A DNA stretch of 43,502 bases from Octopus bimaculoides (lineage: Eukaryota). A model generated the notes under the pieces. It saw only the letters and a list, made by a program, of their open reading frames with translations, had not been told where the DNA came from and made no database searches. Numbering within the stretch: the stretch's first letter is position 1; every line of letters begins with the position of its first letter. Shown one piece after another: positions 10,097 through 24,072 of the stretch. Both the position numbers and the translations under genes were made by a program. The stretch lies in the NCBI RefSeq assembly GCF_001194135.2, contig NC_068981.1, positions 69,538,371-69,581,872 on the forward strand, given 5' to 3'.

Positions 10097-11124
10097 ATGT
10101 ACTGGAGTCGATCATATACGGTTAATTACCATACATGGAGGGCAGTTATTAGACATAAATTGTATTTCCTTCATCTTTCAGTCTATAGACAGTGAGTAGT
10201 GTTAAATTTTCCTCTGGACATAACGTTGACATACAATCGGATATCCGTTTAATAAATATTTATAAGATTGTGATAAAAGTGCTGATCAGGGAAAAGAATT
10301 CTTAGAATTGACTTTCTTGGGAGAAAGATCTAGGAAAACTTATGGATGATGAAACATGGTGAGGAGTGAGAGCAAACGGGTTCGCATAAAGGAGGCAAGA
10401 AACAAGGGAGCAGCTTCAATGTAGTGTTGTGGATATCGTGAGAGAGGCTGAGTCTGGTTAGTTTGTGGCTAATCGTTTGGGATTTTATCGTATGCAGACA
10501 GGATGCTTTTATATGTGAGAGTAACATAAATGTGAGAATTGTATTTCCTTGTAAATTCCACACGAGGCCTTTCGTGCTTTTCCATTTCGCTTTTATTAAC
10601 ATCTACTGGAGATATTCTATTCCTATAGATTTAAATTATAATTATTATTGACATCAGGTAATCGTGTCACGAACTGTACGCCCATTCTAAAAAATGAAAT
10701 ATGTGCCATGGATTTAATATAAGGAATTTATTACTTTTATCCGTATCTCAAAATATGTTGATAGTGTTGACAAAAATAATGGATGTTTTCCCGTCTAGAG
10801 AATGGAAGTACAAGTATTATTGTTAGTAAATACTATAAATATATTTGTTCGGATCAGAATTACACAGCTGTAAAAAATGGCGTTATTTAAACCAATTATT
10901 TACGTTGTAGAAACTTTAACATATGTTCACCTGTTTATATGCTGATGACATTAAAAAAAAATTGGCCAAGTACACAAATGCAATCTAACAACATCTAAAA
11001 GGAGCAATTGTTTTTAATCGAAATCCATTCAATGATTGATGAGATTGTATTAGGGATCTTACCCAACACGCTTACACTGAAGTATTACACGGATTGTTTT
11101 ACTTTGCCAGCTGGTAGTATGTCT

Positions 11125-11300
11125 GGCACACCGGGCAAAATACTTAGCTGCATTTCGTCTGTCTTCACGTTCTAAGTTCAAATTCTGCCGAGGTTGCGTT
11201 TGTCTATCATCCTTTCGGGGCCGATAAAATAAGTATTGGTTGAGTATTGGAGTCGATGTAATCGACTTCCTACCGCCCAAGAAATTTCTGGCCTTAAGCC
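11125..11300 (+). mobile_element. SINE family A, diverged copy
   Basis: catttcgtctgtcttcacgttctaagttcaaattctgccgagg...catcctttcggggccgataaaataagta...gtcgatgtaatcgactt. Confidence 0.8.
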
Positions 11301-11474
11301 AACATTTGAAATCATTATTTTCGTTTCTCATAATTTACAAAACAATATTCATAAAGTATAGATGTTAGATTTGTCACATGCCGCATTGTGTGGTTTCACT
11401 CACGGAATACTTAAGTTTTTTGATGTAGAATGTCGTGTGAGTGAAGAACCACTTCTCACTTTCGTACACAGCCA

Positions 11475-14040
11475 TGAGATATAAACAAATGCGGAGATGG
11501 TGCCACCAGAAATACGAGAGGATTAATAATAAAATGAGCTACATGAAGTATTTTAAAGAAATATTCATATGTGAGTAGAACATGTTATCATACGTTGTTT
11601 CTTTGAATTGGGAATAAGAAAAAAACAACACAAAACTATCGATATCTATGTCTTTTCTTAAGAACACAAAAAAAACATGCTGTGAACAAATTGGAATTTC
11701 AAAACTACGGGACCTATAACATACATAGTAGTAATTAAGTCAAGCTATTATAACAGTGCAAATAGGTTTCAGGCATATTTAACATTGTAGAAATGCCATT
11801 TTCATTGCAGTTTGACATGGAGAATATGCTCACAATTGCAACAGGTTATAAAAAACAAACTGTCACCTTTGGACCGATGAATGCATCTCGGAAACTTTCG
11901 CTAATGTCAGCATTGTATAACCCTACACATACACAGGAATACACATAGAAACATACACACGCACACACAGAACGCACGTATATAGGGACATAGGATGTAA
12001 CGTTTAAAATATGTGCTACATCTATTGACACGTATGCCTTTGGTCATAAATCAAGTATACAACCTCCACACATTTTAAAAACAAATTAAGAAGTCAGAAA
12101 ACATCTACACAGCTGTTCCCATTGCTTAAACATTGTTAAGAATAATGAATAAATTCATTCGTAAATGCTTCGGTGATAAAAAATATATATATACATGAAT
12201 GAATATACATTTAAAAGTTAAAGGATTAAATGTAGACTGAAAAAAGATATGCTTATACAGATGGACATATATATAGCCATTTGTAGATATCTCTTTACAC
12301 CGACTCGCTACTGTCTCTCACCTCCACCATTTATCTATCATTGTATATACATACATATANNNNNNNNNNNNNNNNNNNNNNNNNNNNNNNNNNNNNNNNN
12401 NNNNNNNNNNNNNNNNNNNNNNNNNNNNNNNNNNNNNNNNNNNNNNNNNNNNNNNNNNNNNNNNNNNATATATATATATACACATACACACACACACACA
12501 CACATCAGATGTTTGAAAATGTAATAGGATTTTATTTATAGCTGTTTCTGGTAGTTTATCTTCATTCCTGACTCGAATCAGGTTTTGAAGGACTAATTGG
12601 AATTTTTGCTGATAATAGTTTCTTTGTATGTAGAATATTTAAACATTATAGACATTTAATAGAGTCTGTTTATGTTTGCCTTCAATTATTTCACTTTTAA
12701 TATAAATGGTGTTATTTATATTTGACACTAATACATATGAAACATTTTCCATATAAATATTCATTAAATGGTAGAATACTCTCCTTGGCAAACCACATCG
12801 CTAAAGTTTAAAGAGGTGTGGTGATGTATCCTAGAATATTATCCCCATTACTTTAGCATATTAGAGAGACAAGTGCATGTGAAGATGTGTTTTGGAGTTA
12901 GCAATATTTTAGACCAATCCAAATATGACAGCCATATATATTGCTTTTGCTTGTAAAATGGCCGTTCTCACTGCTATGGAGAAAGTTTTCGTTGTAAGCA
13001 ACAGGGGAGTGAATGGATGAAGGCATCTCAATTTTCTTAGCTATCGGCAGCAACGGATACGAAGCCTGAAATGATTTGGACGACATAGTCTCCTTACAGA
13101 AAATCAGTAGAAAATACCTACTGAATAGCTGCTTACACTCACCAGACTGTAGCAAATTACCAAAGAGTCATGCGAAAAAGTCTTGTAGAATATACAAACT
13201 CTTAGATCAGCTCATATATGTTTGAAACATAATTTTTGCATCAGAAGTTATGGCTTCCACAACCAGTTCAGGATTATTCGTTTGGTATAGAGAACAAAGA
13301 ATATTGTAGGAGTTTGAAATACATTCATAAGCCTATAGGAAATGCTCTGAAGAGTCTGGTGGTGTTTTATCCCCCGTTGTTTCAAACAAGAATTTTCTCC
13401 ACCGGAAACTACAGAAGGAATCTTCATATTAAAGGTTTGGGACATATTCGATCTCATCTAAAAATTTGTTTCTTCCAGAACAATTTCTCTAACAACAGAA
13501 TAAATCTTGTACGAGTTTGGTGGCCGCTCGCACGGATATTTTCTATTGCTTTTCTATACAAAATCTATGGCTTTCAAATTTATTTTAGGTTTATCCGATA
13601 CCGACAATATCTATGGAGTTTGAGATACATTCATTGCTCCAAAGATATGATCTGAATTGACAGTTTGCGTTTTAAGTCCTGTTGCAATTGTGAGCATTTT
13701 TTATGTCAAACTACAATGAGAATTGCCTTTCTACGGGTCAAATTTGCTTGAAATTCATTGCACTGATATAATATAGTGGCTGTTTTACTACTATGTATTT
13801 TGTAGATCCCGTAGTTTTAAAATTTCCGGTAGTTCGCATGTTTTTTACGATCTTAAGTAAATACATAATTATCACTAGATCTTGTTCTTTTCTAATTACC
13901 AACTCAATGGATGATAAACTTTCTACTGGTATCTTTAAAATAATTCTTGTAGCTCATCCTGTTATTATTCTTGTAATTAATCCTGTTATTTTCTATCTGA
14001 AATATCTGATGACATCATCTTTGCATTTGCTTATACCTCA
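11475..14040. repeat. Old inverted repeat pair, arms 11475-11890 and 13622-14040
   Basis: Collinear matches between the plus-strand left arm and the minus-strand right arm: gagatataaacaaatgc/gaggtataagcaaatgc, atgagctacatgaagtattttaaaga/atgagctacaagaattattttaaaga, aaaactacgggacctat/aaaactacgggatctac and atgctcacaattgcaacagg (identical). Confidence 0.8.
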
Positions 14041-16723
14041 AAAATACTGAATCCCTTATCTCTATGAGTATCCATGCATTTTACAGTCTAAGTTTTAAGG
14101 CAATACGTAATTCAGCAATGAACTATAACTACTGAAACCAAAATATCTGCTCCTTTTATCTGCGTTTCCTCGTTGTGTTTCGGGGCTTCTTGTACGAGAT
14201 ATATGATAATCTCTCACGTCAGAGCAGCACGGTGGATCATCTCTATTCATTAAATCCTCTCTACTGTGCCTCACTATTATGTTAGTTACCATATCTACGT
14301 TTCCCTTATCATTTCTCCATAGACCAACAATTATCTGATACTTACTTAGTCCCTGCCGATGCATATGATAAATTTAGTGATGCTTCTCCTCATTTAAGAT
14401 CAAACTTGATGATCTACCTATGTGGTTAAATTAATTCTAGCTGTAACCATCCAACGTTTCATAACATTACATATGACGAACAATTGTAAATTGAAAGGAG
14501 CATGCTAGCTATATCTAGCAGGAATAGCAACATCGTAGGCACTTCACTTCTTGCATGCATTTTTTGTGGTTGCGTTTGCGAGTAACCAACCCACTTAAAG
14601 TGAATGCAAATTATCTTATGCCTCAATTATTAAATCGGTAAGATGGTGTAATGAATAGAATAGAAACTACAAGCAAAATAATTTGGTATCAACAATTTAC
14701 ACGTTTATATTATTTTCAGTTATAGAATTGTTGTCTTAACTGTTGTTGAATATTGCGTCTGATAATCATTTACTTTGTTGCACCGTATTGTTAGCTATGT
14801 CAAACTAAACATAGCTTTGAGATTAGTCAATTAACAATGGACCAAATCTTCCATCAGCTGGTGATATGAAGTTTTACTATTAACTTAAATGCGGTTGGCA
14901 ACAGCATAGTGAATATAGTTTTATGGAATCATCAAATACAGATGTTCATTAATATAGCAATGTTTATTTATTTCGGAAGTGTGTACTGAACGAATGCAAT
15001 ACGAATTTTTGTGTATAAATATATTTAAAATAATCGTAAAGCTGTTTGCATTCACGATAGAAAATTCCATGTCCTCCTTAAAGTTCTTGACATATGAAAT
15101 TTGTAGCCAATTATTCATATCCTGCTATGACAAAATAAATCAATGTGTGTTTTATTGGTTTTCTATCGTGGCTTTGAATGGAACATTACTAGAGGACAGT
15201 GAAGAGTTGCAACATTGAAAGGGGATAGACCATTTCGTAATACATATTGTACAATCTACTCACAGTATATCTTTAAACTATATTTTCTTCGTTAAGTGTC
15301 TTTTTTTTTTATTCCTGGAGACTTAATTGTACTGCCGTAAAAACATTCTCATAATATGATGGATTGAAATTCCGAGTAGGAGTCAAAGAGTTCAATACGA
15401 TTTATAATTTCCTACACATTCACACATACATAGCTGCATTATTAAATATATAAAAACATACATACATAACATCTACAGCATTATTATCACCAGCTATCTT
15501 ATGATCAAGTTTATTGTGGAAGCTATTCGTTTATGGCAGAATCGGTGATTCAATGAAATAGAATTTCAAGATGTAACGAATCAGAAGAAAAAACATAGCT
15601 AGCGGAAATAATAAGGACAACTTTGGAAAACTGAATATAGGAAAGTACGAAAATCTTATGAAATTTCATTTCGTTTACGAGTATTCGATATTATAAAATA
15701 TATTATGCTTGGAGTTATGAATGCCAAAACGATATTGGCAATTCTACTGTTGGATAATTGAATATAAGGAATATATTGTAGGAAGAACATCATTGTAAAC
15801 TGAATTATCTTACAGGGAAACCTTCATGTTGACAAAGGTTTAGATTAATTCTATACTATAATATGACAGAAGAATACAAATATGAAATAATGAACAACAT
15901 ATTCTGCACAGAGAGCACACATGGATATGGTAATTATAAATAACCAGCATCAAGGACTAGCACACACTGTATCAACTCGGAGAAACCTATCCATGCAGAA
16001 GCAGTTGCCAGTCACCATAGTAGCAAACGCAAGAATATATACTTAGTGAGCAAGGAGTGCAAATATATAAACAAACGCAAGTTGTTTTTTTATTAAATTT
16101 GAATTTCATGAAAACAATGATTTGCTCCTTAAATATGACCGCAAGACAGAGCTTATTGAATTACCACTCATACGGGAGCGAAAAAGTTCAGTTTAATTCT
16201 GATTAACGATATCAGCAAGGGATGCGAAAACATGTCATGAACTATTTAAGCAGTATCATGAAGATAGAAAGAATGTAAACAGATGCAAATCAATCCGAAA
16301 ACATACGATTATGGATTTCTAACACAGAAAAGAATCAAATCTCTGGTATATGGCTATAGTGTGATACATATCAAATGTAAATAATGATTTAACTACAATT
16401 CTCACTAGAAAGCTATTTGATGATAAGAAAACAATTGTGAACAGATTAATCACACACTAACAGGATAAATGAGACGTGTCATTAAGCAAGTCGGTCAATA
16501 GCTAAAAAGACAAAAAATCAGAAATCACCGACGAAAAATGTCGGAAAATCAATAACATCAGAGATAATTTTTTCTTTAGCGGAGTTGAATTTGATTTATT
16601 CTAGTGAAATATTTTCTCTTAAACAAATATTCTTGCACCGTATCAAGACCTTACCAGTGGTGATAATTTCATGATATTAATATTGATTTCATATTTTAGC
16701 ACAGGACCAGCAATTACAGAGGT

Positions 16724-16888
16724 AGGATTAAGTCGACTACATCGAATCCAGTGCCCAGCTGGTAATTATTTTATCGGACCCGAATGCATAAAAGGCAAAC
16801 TCTACCCCGTTGTAACTTGAACGTAACGACGAGCAAAATGCCGCTTTGCATTCTGCCCTGTTTGCTAACGATTCTGTCTGCTCGCTGC
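16724..16888 (-). mobile_element. SINE family A, diverged copy
   Basis: ggattaagtcgactacatcga...ctggtaattattttatcgg...ggcaaa...tgctaacgattctg matches 2158-2328. Confidence 0.75.
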
Positions 16889-17169
16889 GTTTTTTTTTAT
16901 TAATATTAATAAAGTAGTATTTTAAAAAAACGTCAAGGCCTGAAAAGTATCAGAAAAATCGACTTGATGGTTGGCTAAGTCTATGTTTTATAGGCTTCCA
17001 AAATGGTTCACTGAAAGCAGACACTGAAAGGTAAGTGAAATACTTAATAAACGATAGCAAATTGCTTTTACTCCTCTTTGGATGGTATGCAAATAAGCAT
17101 AGCTGGCAAGCTCTTCAATCAATGGTTTTACACAGGGAACAGAAAACCATCGATTGCATTGACATGAAA

Positions 17170-17540
17170 ACAAATGATGATGTAATATTGGCCATTAATG
17201 AAATGAACTATGCAACAGGCCCCAGTAGCTGCCCAGTGATCCATATAATCTCAGTAGTAAACTCTCAGAAGCAAGGCAGATATATTTCCATAGCTTTCAG
17301 AAGGTTTTAAACTAGTTGTAATATGCCCCGTCAATAAGAGCAACAGCAGAGTTGACGTTAATAATAGTAGCTCTACCTTTCTAACAAAAGTGAGGAGTTC
17401 ATTCTTACATGGAGACATTTGAAATCCCTAGAAGAAAATGGTTTGTTCATTGAAACACAGCACGATTTCTGTCCAATACTGTACATCCTCACACAGCTAA
17501 TACAGCATTACAATTATTTACTGACACTGCATCCATATAT
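17170..17540 (+). mobile_element. Highly decayed CR1/L2/Jockey-type LINE RT fragment
   Basis: DVILAINEMN.ATGP resembles D+..AI.E+...A.GPD. LEENGLF.ETQH.F and TQLIQHY resemble LE.N.L+...QHGF and TQL+.H. Confidence 0.55.
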
Positions 17541-17695
17541 TTCAAACGTGGTTGTGATATATCACCACATTCCAAACATTTTACATAAAACTAAATGACG
17601 AAAAGATATGGTGCCATAAACTGCGTGACTATGAACTGCCTGACCTCGACAGAATTGGAGAACTAAAAAGTGACTGCACGCATATACATACGAAT

Positions 17696-17762
17696 ACACA
17701 CACACACACACACACACGCACACACACACCCACACACACACACACACACACACATACACACA
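17696..17762. repeat. (CA)n microsatellite
   Basis: Directly visible. Confidence 0.95.
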
Positions 17763-18466
17763 GACTTAAGGAAACCTAGAAATAGATGATACTATCTACT
17801 AGACATAACAGGCAAACTTTTCTCAAATTCCATCCTACCAAATGACATTGAATACTGGTGTTCCTGGACACCCACTGAAAAATAATGCAAACAAAAAGAG
17901 AGATGTTCGGTACTGGAGTGCTTTTGGTTATAGACTGCTTCTAACATGCTTATATTTAATCAACGTCGTTTTTGTTTTCCACTTGCGAACATGTATTGTT
18001 ACTCCGAAACATACAAGAGTCGTTGTTTTTATAATTTATATCTAAAATTGTTGCCTATTTTCTAAAATTTTCTATGAAAGTATTTCGTACTGAAGTGGAG
18101 GGCGGAGCTATATAATTGCTTTCTTTACTCGGCCAAAAAATTCCTTCTGGTTTATTGCAGCATATTTTTGTTTTTTAAACATTCTTTCGATTCTATTATA
18201 CCATTCTTAGCTGTAAATATAAAGACTTAGAAACTAGATACACAAAAATGTACGTATATTACTATATAAACTTGGAAAATATTAAGCATCAGGTATAGAT
18301 TACATATCACTTAGGATTGTCAGTCGGGGAGGGTATTTGTTCAACTATATCAAAAGTACTTCATATTTTTATAGAATAAATAAAGTGCTAGTAAACAAGT
18401 ATTTAGGAATAATTTCAAATTTAGAAATAAGTTTGAAATCTCTGAGGTATGGTGATAAATGAATAG

Positions 18467-18767
18467 AATGAAAACTGTCTGTAACAGAGAAACATACATT
18501 GCGTTCCTCACGGTGGTGATATACATCTCAAGACCTTATTCTAAAGTGAGCGTGCATGTATGCGTGGAAGCAAATTCGATTAGTACAATAGCTGACGCGT
18601 AAAAGTAGAAAATAAAAGCTCACATATTTCGAAAAACAGAATGGACAAAAGTTATCTTTACTGACAAAAGACAAATATATGAAGTTCCTCACGGTGACGG
18701 TATTCATCTCAAGCTACTATTCTAAAGAGAACTTGCATCTGTGAGAGGATATCAATTCGATTACACA
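18467..18767. repeat. Diverged tandem duplication, period ~181 bp
   Basis: gttcctcacggtg..catctcaag..tattctaaag..tgcat..aattcgatta occurs at 18503-18582 and again at 18684-18763. Confidence 0.8.
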
Positions 18768-19254
18768 TGTCGACATACACGTGTCCGTGATGCTTGCATG
18801 AACTGTTCGAATTCGGGGGCCGGTTTACGTATCCCTCGTATTCGTAAATATCACTGTATCGCATTATTTAATCTTTAATTTTCGTTTCATTTACATATAC
18901 GATACAAAAATGTAATAATTAAAAGACTGCCTTAAAAATCAGAAAGTAGGAATGCATACGTTGTATACCGGATGCCTAAGCTGGACATTCAATAGCGGCT
19001 ACACTGATAATATTTGCTTTCAATCGGATGCATTCCTTACTTACACATTAAAATGACCCACTGTTTTCTTGAGTAAAATTGTTCATGCTTTGTACAACGT
19101 TTCCAGTATAGAGTTTGGCTCACAGACTGATAGGGTCTAACAAGTATCGCAAAGTCCAGCGATGTTTTCTTTAGAATACAGCTGTTTTTTTGCTTTATCC
19201 CCAGTGAAACAAGGATTCTAAAACTGAATCTTTTTTTTGCTTTCTGTTGCCAAA

Positions 19255-19825
19255 CATTTATATATACCATACTCCTAACAGACAAAAGGGAAAGGAGCCA
19301 TGGTGGATTTACTGTAAACATCCATGAAGACCTCAAACCCCAGGTCTTACTGTCATACTCAAATTCACAAAAGACAACACAAAATAGTCATATGCAATAC
19401 ACATCGTCCACCGGATGCTCCAAACCACATAGGCAAGAAATAAAGAAACTAGAACACCGTGTGAGCGTATTTCCTATGGGTGATTTCAGCTTCCACAATG
19501 TCATATGGCCCGAAATTCGCATGCTCTCAAGAATGACTCATTGCAAACAAGCACAAGTGGAGTTCCTGACCAACCTCACCAATGCTCTATTCATGGAGCA
19601 AGTTGTTCTCAGACCAACTAGGGCGTATAACATTTTGGATTTCTGCTTCACAGACAATCTGGACACAGTTCAAATGTGGACGTAATAGCCTTTGGCTTTG
19701 AAAAAGCCTTTGATAAAGTGGATAATGGCATGATATGCCAAAAAACTGTGTGATCTGGAGAGTGGATATACGACATTCTGAAAGATGGAAATCAGTTAGT
19801 AGTGGCCGATCGAGCCACCTAAAAT
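19255..19825 (+). mobile_element. CR1/L2-type LINE remnant with the APE endonuclease joined directly to RT (large internal deletion)
   Basis: APE motifs (DKRERSHGG, MGDFSFHNVIWP, EQVVLRPTRAYNILDFCFTDN) are followed within ~30 bp by the RT motif (F)EKAFDKVDNGMICQKL. Confidence 0.75.
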
Positions 19826-19848
19826 AAAACGCGAATAGTGTATGTATC

Positions 19849-19880
<32 letters not shown>

Positions 19881-19898
19881 TGTATGTATGTATGTATG

Positions 19899-19929
<31 letters not shown>

Positions 19930-21049
19930 NNNNNNNNNNNNNNNNNNNNNNNNNNNNNNNNNNNNNNNNNNNNNNNNNNNNNNNNNNNNNNNNNNNNNNN
20001 NNNNNNNNNNNNNNNNNNNNNNNNNNNNNNNNNNNNNNNNNNNNNNNNNNNNNNNNNNNNNNNNNNNNNNNNNNNNNNNNNNNNNNNNNNNNNNNNNNNN
20101 NNNNNNNNNNNNNNNNNNNNNNNNNNNNNNNNNNNNNNNNNNNNNNNNNNNNNNNNNNNNNNNNNNNNNNNNNNNNNNNNNNNNNNNNNNNNNNNNNNNN
20201 NNNNNNNNNNNNNNNNNNNNNNNNNNNNNNNNNNNNNNNNNNNNNNNNNNNNNNNNNNNNNNNNNNNNNNNNNNNNNNNNNNNNNNNNNNNNNNNNNNNN
20301 NNNNNNNNNNNNNNNNNNNNNNNNNNNNNNNNNNNNNNNNNNNNNNNNNNNNNNNNNNNNNNNNNNNNNNNNNNNNNNNNNNNNNNNNNNNNNNNNNNNN
20401 NNNNNNNNNNNNNNNNNNNNNNNNNNNNNNNNNNNNNNNNNNNNNNNNNNNNNNNNNNNNNNNNNNNNNNNNNNNNNNNNNNNNNNNNNNNNNNNNNNNN
20501 NNNNNNNNNNNNNNNNNNNNNNNNNNNNNNNNNNNNNNNNNNNNNNNNNNNNNNNNNNNNNNNNNNNNNNNNNNNNNNNNNNNNNNNNNNNNNNNNNNNN
20601 NNNNNNNNNNNNNNNNNNNNNNNNNNNNNNNNNNNNNNNNNNNNNNNNNNNNNNNNNNNNNNNNNNNNNNNNNNNNNNNNNNNNNNNNNNNNNNNNNNNN
20701 NNNNNNNNNNNNNNNNNNNNNNNNNNNNNNNNNNNNNNNNNNNNNNNNNNNNNNNNNNNNNNNNNNNNNNNNNNNNNNNNNNNNNNNNNNNNNNNNNNNN
20801 NNNNNNNNNNNNNNNNNNNNNNNNNNNNNNNNNNNNNNNNNNNNNNNNNNNNNNNNNNNNNNTATATATATATGCACCAGCATCACCGCAGCCACTTGGC
20901 TGAAACACATAAATAAATAAATAAATAAATACATAAATAGATATGTATATGTTTATGTATATATATATATATGCATATATATATACAAACATATATGCAT
21001 ATATAATATATATACATTATATATACATGTATCTATGCATGACTTTGGA

Positions 21050-21698
21050 TTCTCTTGCAACGAGATAACTTTGGAATCTCTTGCAACTCTTCTGGGCGGT
21101 CCCCTTGTTTAAGTTGGTGAATGCCTCTATAATCCTTGCCCTCAGTTCATCTTTGGTTCTACAGGTCGTCTTTGTTGGTGCCTCGCTCAGCTGCACTCTA
21201 TACACAATAATCATGACGGTCGCGATCTCAGAAGTTAGGTGAGCAAATGTTAGTGGTGGTATGGTCGCAGAAAGTGTTCAACAACCATGACTGGCTTCTC
21301 CTGCTTCTGTTGCATGCTACAGTCATTTTGCCAGACAGAAGTTCTCCAGCATCTACTCTCTTGTCCCAGGGCAGCATTACCACCCCCAGGCACTTGATTT
21401 AGGCGTTCGTGTGGACTCCGAGGCCGTGTGCGAAGACGAATCGAGGCATAGCATTGTTGACTGGATGTTTGATCTTTATCACTTTGGGTACATGTTTGGG
21501 GGACGCGGCAGTCATTCAGATTGACACCCAAGAACACTTAAATGTTCGTGTTGGTGCTTGCGGTGCGGATACCAAGCAGTACAGCATGTCGTTTCCAAAT
21601 TTCTGGCAGAGTGAATTGCGTTATGGTGATGTCTTTCTCCCAGACAGTGCCCATTTNNNNNNNNNNTTATGGTGATGTCTTTCTCCCAGACAGTGCCC

Positions 21699-21702
<4 letters not shown>
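21050..21702 (-). mobile_element. Tc1/mariner-superfamily transposase remnant (DD37D/maT-like C-terminal half)
   Basis: Minus-strand frames give FAHGLGVHTNA*IKCLGVVMLPWDKRVDAG, SRRSQSWL..FCDH.T.NI, and TKDELRARIIEAFTNLNKGTAQKSCKRFQSYL. These match the catalytic core and C-terminus of this group. Confidence 0.75.
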
Positions 21703-21732
<30 letters not shown>

Positions 21733-22526
21733 TGTGTAGTCAGCAAACAAACAGGAAACAATGCGCATGCACGAAATAAAAGATATAAAATGGCGACAAT
21801 TTAACCATCGCACCCTGTATATGTATGAAGAAAACACATATGATTACGACTACACATTTACATGTAAAGTATATACACATAGAAAGACCTACGTGTGTGA
21901 GTACATTTGCATTTACATATATATAAAAGTGTGTATGTGAAGTAAATACTGTCACAGTCATTTACTATCAACTTCATAATAATTTTTTCATGTTGCTTTC
22001 TTCGTATATATTCTCCACCTATTTATATTTTTATTTTTTCCACCCTCATCATTTCATTTGGCCTGTCAATATTTCTATCATTTACTTGTTGATATTTCAT
22101 ATTTATTCGTAATGGAACATCTGTTGCCTCCTTTAAAGTGAGAATGAGACAATACTTGTTCAATATATAAATACATTCGGTGATCATTAGTTGTTTGCTA
22201 TTTGATGAAAAAGTATTTGCGAAAATTTACCCTTCAAACAAATGTACAGAAAGAAGCAGTAGAATTAATCAAGTGTATAATACTCTCTTTTGTTTCTCTC
22301 TATCTCTCTTTCTTTCTCTCTTTGTCTCTCTTTCTTTCTTTCCCCCCCCTCTCTCTCCCTCTCTTTCTCTCTATTCCTTATATATGTGTGTGTGTGAGTT
22401 TGTGTGTGTCTGTGTCGGTGTGTGAGTGTGTGTGTGTGTATTTATTAATGTATATATACATATTACACGCATACATATTGTTTACATGTATATATAGATA
22501 TGATTTTATAGATGTAGATATAGATA

Positions 22527-23122
22527 TACGAGGCTCTACTGTAAAGTTCACATGTTGAATATGAAGGACTGATGTCAGAGCTGTGAAATCTTACAATTAT
22601 TAATATCAAACCGTCTTACTAATAAATGTAGCTAGTTCCTTCTTCACTTGAAAATGGACAGAATTTGGCAGGGTGGTCATATCAAACCACTGTAATATAA
22701 TGGTCCAACCCCCAAGGAATTCATGCTGACATGGGTGCTACATTTGTGGATGACGCTCCAGTATGATTTACAGTGCACATGTGGGCAGCTAAATTTAGTA
22801 AGCGAAAGATGTGTCTTGAAGATGACCCATGGTTTGGACGTCTTGTAACTGGCACCATATAGGAAAACGTTTATCATTTTCACCACATGCTCATGGATGA
22901 CTGGTGCTTGACGATAATCATATAGCCAATGCAATTAGAAATTCCTCCGGCTGTGTGGTAAATAGCTTGCTTACCAACCACATGGTTCCGGGTTCAGTCT
23001 CACTGCGTGGCACCTTGGGCAAGTGTCTTCTACTATAGCCTCGGGCCGACCAAAGCCTTCTGAGTGGATTTGTTAGACGGAAACTGAAAGCACGTCGTAT
23101 ATATATATATATNNNNNNNNNN

Positions 23123-23158
<36 letters not shown>

Positions 23159-24072
23159 TGTGTCTGTGTTTGTCCCCCCTAGCATTGCTTGACAACCGAT
23201 TCTGGTGTGTTTACGTCCCCGTAACTTAGCGGTTCGGCAAAAGAAACCGATAGAATAAGTACTAGGCTTACAAAGAATAAGTCCCGGGGTCGATTTGTTC
23301 GACTAAAGGTGGCGCTCCACCATGGCCACTGCCAAATGACTGCAACAAGTAAATAAGTAATACTCTGAGCAATGAACTCAGAATGACGGAGATTTCTGCA
23401 CGGTGGATGCCTGACACCTCATCAAACCTCAACTAAGCTGATCATATCACGGAAAAATCTGAGGCAGATCCAGCTGGTTTCCTTGAACGTTTCCTAACGC
23501 AGGATGAGTGTTGGGTCCATCAACTTCAGCCAGTGACAAAGAAAAGATCCTTGCAAGAGAGACACCCCACCTCATTTGGTCTAAAGAATGCCAAGGAAAG
23601 GTGATGGCCTCAGTTGTTGGAGGATGCAAAAGGCATTGTCTTTATTAACTATCGCCAAATGACCACACTATCAAAGGAAAGTACTACGCTAACCTGCTGC
23701 GGCAGTCACGAAAGTCTGTTAAGAACAAACGTCCAGGAAAACAGACGGAGATATCTTGAATTATTAGGGCAAAACTCCAACACCCAAGCCCTTGGTTTCA
23801 GTCTGCTGTGCATGGCTGTCGCTTTGAACTCGTTGATCAATCCCCACTAACAATTCCTCTGGTGAAAAACACTTGATTGGCGACTAGTATCGCAGCGATA
23901 ATGATGTCATATCTGTTGTTGATGACTTTTTTGCACAACAGAATAAACGCTTCTTCACCAAAAACATCCAACACAGCAACACCGATGAAGCAGGTGTGTG
24001 GACCTCAAGGGAGACTATGTTGAAAAAGAAACTTTTCCTGGTCAGATTCTATCAGCGTAACTTAATCAGCCT
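22527..24072 (+). mobile_element. mariner element, decayed and interrupted by a SINE
   Basis: It has a TIR-like start tacgagg...taaagttc. Remnant motifs include LEDDP..GR, ARW(M)P, RFLTQDECWVH.F.P..K and GKVMASV..DAKGIVFINY. The ends are weakly inverted. Confidence 0.8.
22945..23360 (+). mobile_element. SINE family B (tRNA head, CORE-like domain, internal microsatellite), full length
   Basis: ggctgtgtggtaa (A-box), ggttccgggttcagtc (B-box), gtggcaccttgggcaagtgtcttctactatagcc (CORE-like), then (TA)/(TG)n and the tail gactgcaacaagtaaataagt. The mariner sequence resumes on both sides. Confidence 0.9.

Noticed and set aside
12898-13155. YPLLPIAKKI resembling a hAT dimerisation motif
   Set aside because: The downstream S..ER.FS / CE..FS motif is absent in all frames.
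21621-21702. 36 bp direct repeat flanking a 10-N gap
   Set aside because: This is a typical unmerged contig overlap.
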